Shown here: positions 31,251 to 32,000 of the stretch, piece by piece
Position numbering within the stretch: the first letter of the stretch is position 1
How the letters are laid out: every line of letters begins with the position of its first letter
Source of the DNA: an uncultured delta proteobacterium
Lineage (GTDB): Bacteria > Desulfobacterota > Desulfobacteria > Desulfobacterales > B30-G6
Direction: 5' to 3'
Length of the DNA stretch: 32,000 nt
Assembly (NCBI GenBank): GCA_963823335.1
Contig: CAWGLD010000001.1
Location: forward strand, 556,548 to 588,547
Translations under genes and position numbers: made by a program
Notes under the pieces: model-generated
Databases searched by the model: none
What the model was told of the DNA's origin: nothing
Seen by the model: the letters and a program-made list of their open reading frames with translations, nothing else

Positions 31251-31814
31251 TCATTTCCGATTTAATCGCCAGCGCTGGCTGGTCAGCATAAAATTGGGCA
31301 AATGCCCCTTGCTGCTCACGTCCCGCGCCATCTCGGTCATGTAAAAAGCATCGGGATCTTCTTTCCGGACAGCGGCCAGTATGCGCTGCAAATCGCGTCG
31401 GCGACAGGCAATGCATAGTTCGTCCACGGGCCCACGCATACCCTCACCCCTGAAAACGGTCACCGGCTGTCCCATGGCTCGAATGCAACTCGCCAATGTT
31501 TTTCCGGCAGTTCTCGTGATCACCCGCAGAATAATGAAACCCAGTGCCAGTCTACGTTCAAGATTGATACCGACCACGTTGCCGGTCGCATACCCAAAGG
31601 CATAAAAAAGAGCCAGTATGGGTTGCTCGTTGATCTTGTGAATCACCGTACTCACCACCGTTATCCAGATCAGGAGTTCAAATATACCCAGGAAAAATGC
31701 GATGACTCTACGGCCCTGAACCGTTACGATGATCCTGACCGTCCCGAGGGATACGTCGACAATACGCATTACAAAAATGAGCAAACCCGTAGATAAAACA
31801 TTTAAATCAATCAT
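31251..31814 (-). CDS. UPF0316 family membrane protein (DUF2179-containing)
   Basis: 187 aa. N-terminal TM helices with VMRIVDVSLGTVRIIVTVQGRR and a C-terminal soluble DUF2179-like domain (VTVFRGEGMRGP). Confidence 0.65.
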   Translation of the reverse strand: MIDLNVLSTGLLIFVMRIVDVSLGTVRIIVTVQGRRVIAFFLGIFELLIWITVVSTVIHKINEQPILALFYAFGYATGNVVGINLERRLALGFIILRVITRTAGKTLASCIRAMGQPVTVFRGEGMRGPVDELCIACRRRDLQRILAAVRKEDPDAFYMTEMARDVSSKGHLPNFMLTSQRWRLNRK

Positions 31815-32000
31815 TTCAACATCCTGTCAATTGAGAATCTGTGAAAAAAGGCAAACGTCGATGGGCTCACGTCCCGCAAAAGGTTTGATAGGGTTGCGCC
31901 GAAGGGGGCGGGGGCTGGTGATAGCCGGTCTGTTCCGGTGGATCTTGGTAGGGTTGAGACAGAGCACCCAGCAGTTTTTCCATGACCGTAAAATCCGACC

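Noticed and set aside
31867-31983. Pro/Gln-rich minus-strand ORF (MEKLLGALSQPYQDPPEQTGYHQPPPPSAQPYQTFCGT*), open to the window edge.
   Set aside because: It is too short and low-complexity to call. It may be the C-terminus of a gene starting beyond the window, so it is left unannotated.

Overview
This 32-kb window looks like a strictly anaerobic, probably deltaproteobacterial or Desulfobacterales-like chromosome. That inference rests on tungsten-type AOR, selenocysteine use, phenylphosphate-type enzymes and LutABC. All calls come from motif recognition on the supplied ORF translations; no database search was run.

Gene content, left to right:
- smpB, yajD, then a UPF0261/Tm-1-like ATP-binding protein with a DUF89 phosphatase, and a second UPF0261 paralog.
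- An AT-rich reverse-strand operon: Nudix, HAD and two paralogous membrane proteins.
- A LysR regulator divergent from a long plus-strand cluster. The cluster encodes a split PEP-synthase-like pair (PpsA-like, PpsB-like), one phenylphosphate-carboxylase-type UbiD, a receiver-only response regulator, an aryl-CoA ligase, a third UPF0261 paralog and UbiX.
- A redox locus with two divergent operons. One encodes a polyferredoxin, a ferredoxin and an MTHFR-C-terminal-like Cys-rich protein. The other encodes a Zn-ribbon protein, tungsten-type aldehyde:ferredoxin oxidoreductase, a polyferredoxin and a EutA-like ATPase. A convergent MoaD/ThiS-like gene follows.
- IclR regulator, HD hydrolase, mutM, a DsbA-like gene with an in-frame TGA in its CxxC motif (candidate selenoprotein), lutABC and a UPF0316 membrane protein.

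The intergenic space is unusual. It holds at least four families of short degenerate repeats:
- A composite element that starts at the stop codon of five co-oriented genes.
- An 18-nt ATG-phased tandem and inverted element directly upstream of two start codons, one of them splitting lutA from lutB.
- A CACGAAA palindrome.
- A CTAAAAC/CCTAACAC module.

The most promising leads are the non-canonical carboxylation cluster with its triplicated UPF0261 genes, the AOR-EutA pairing, the stop-codon-anchored repeat and the Sec-DsbA.
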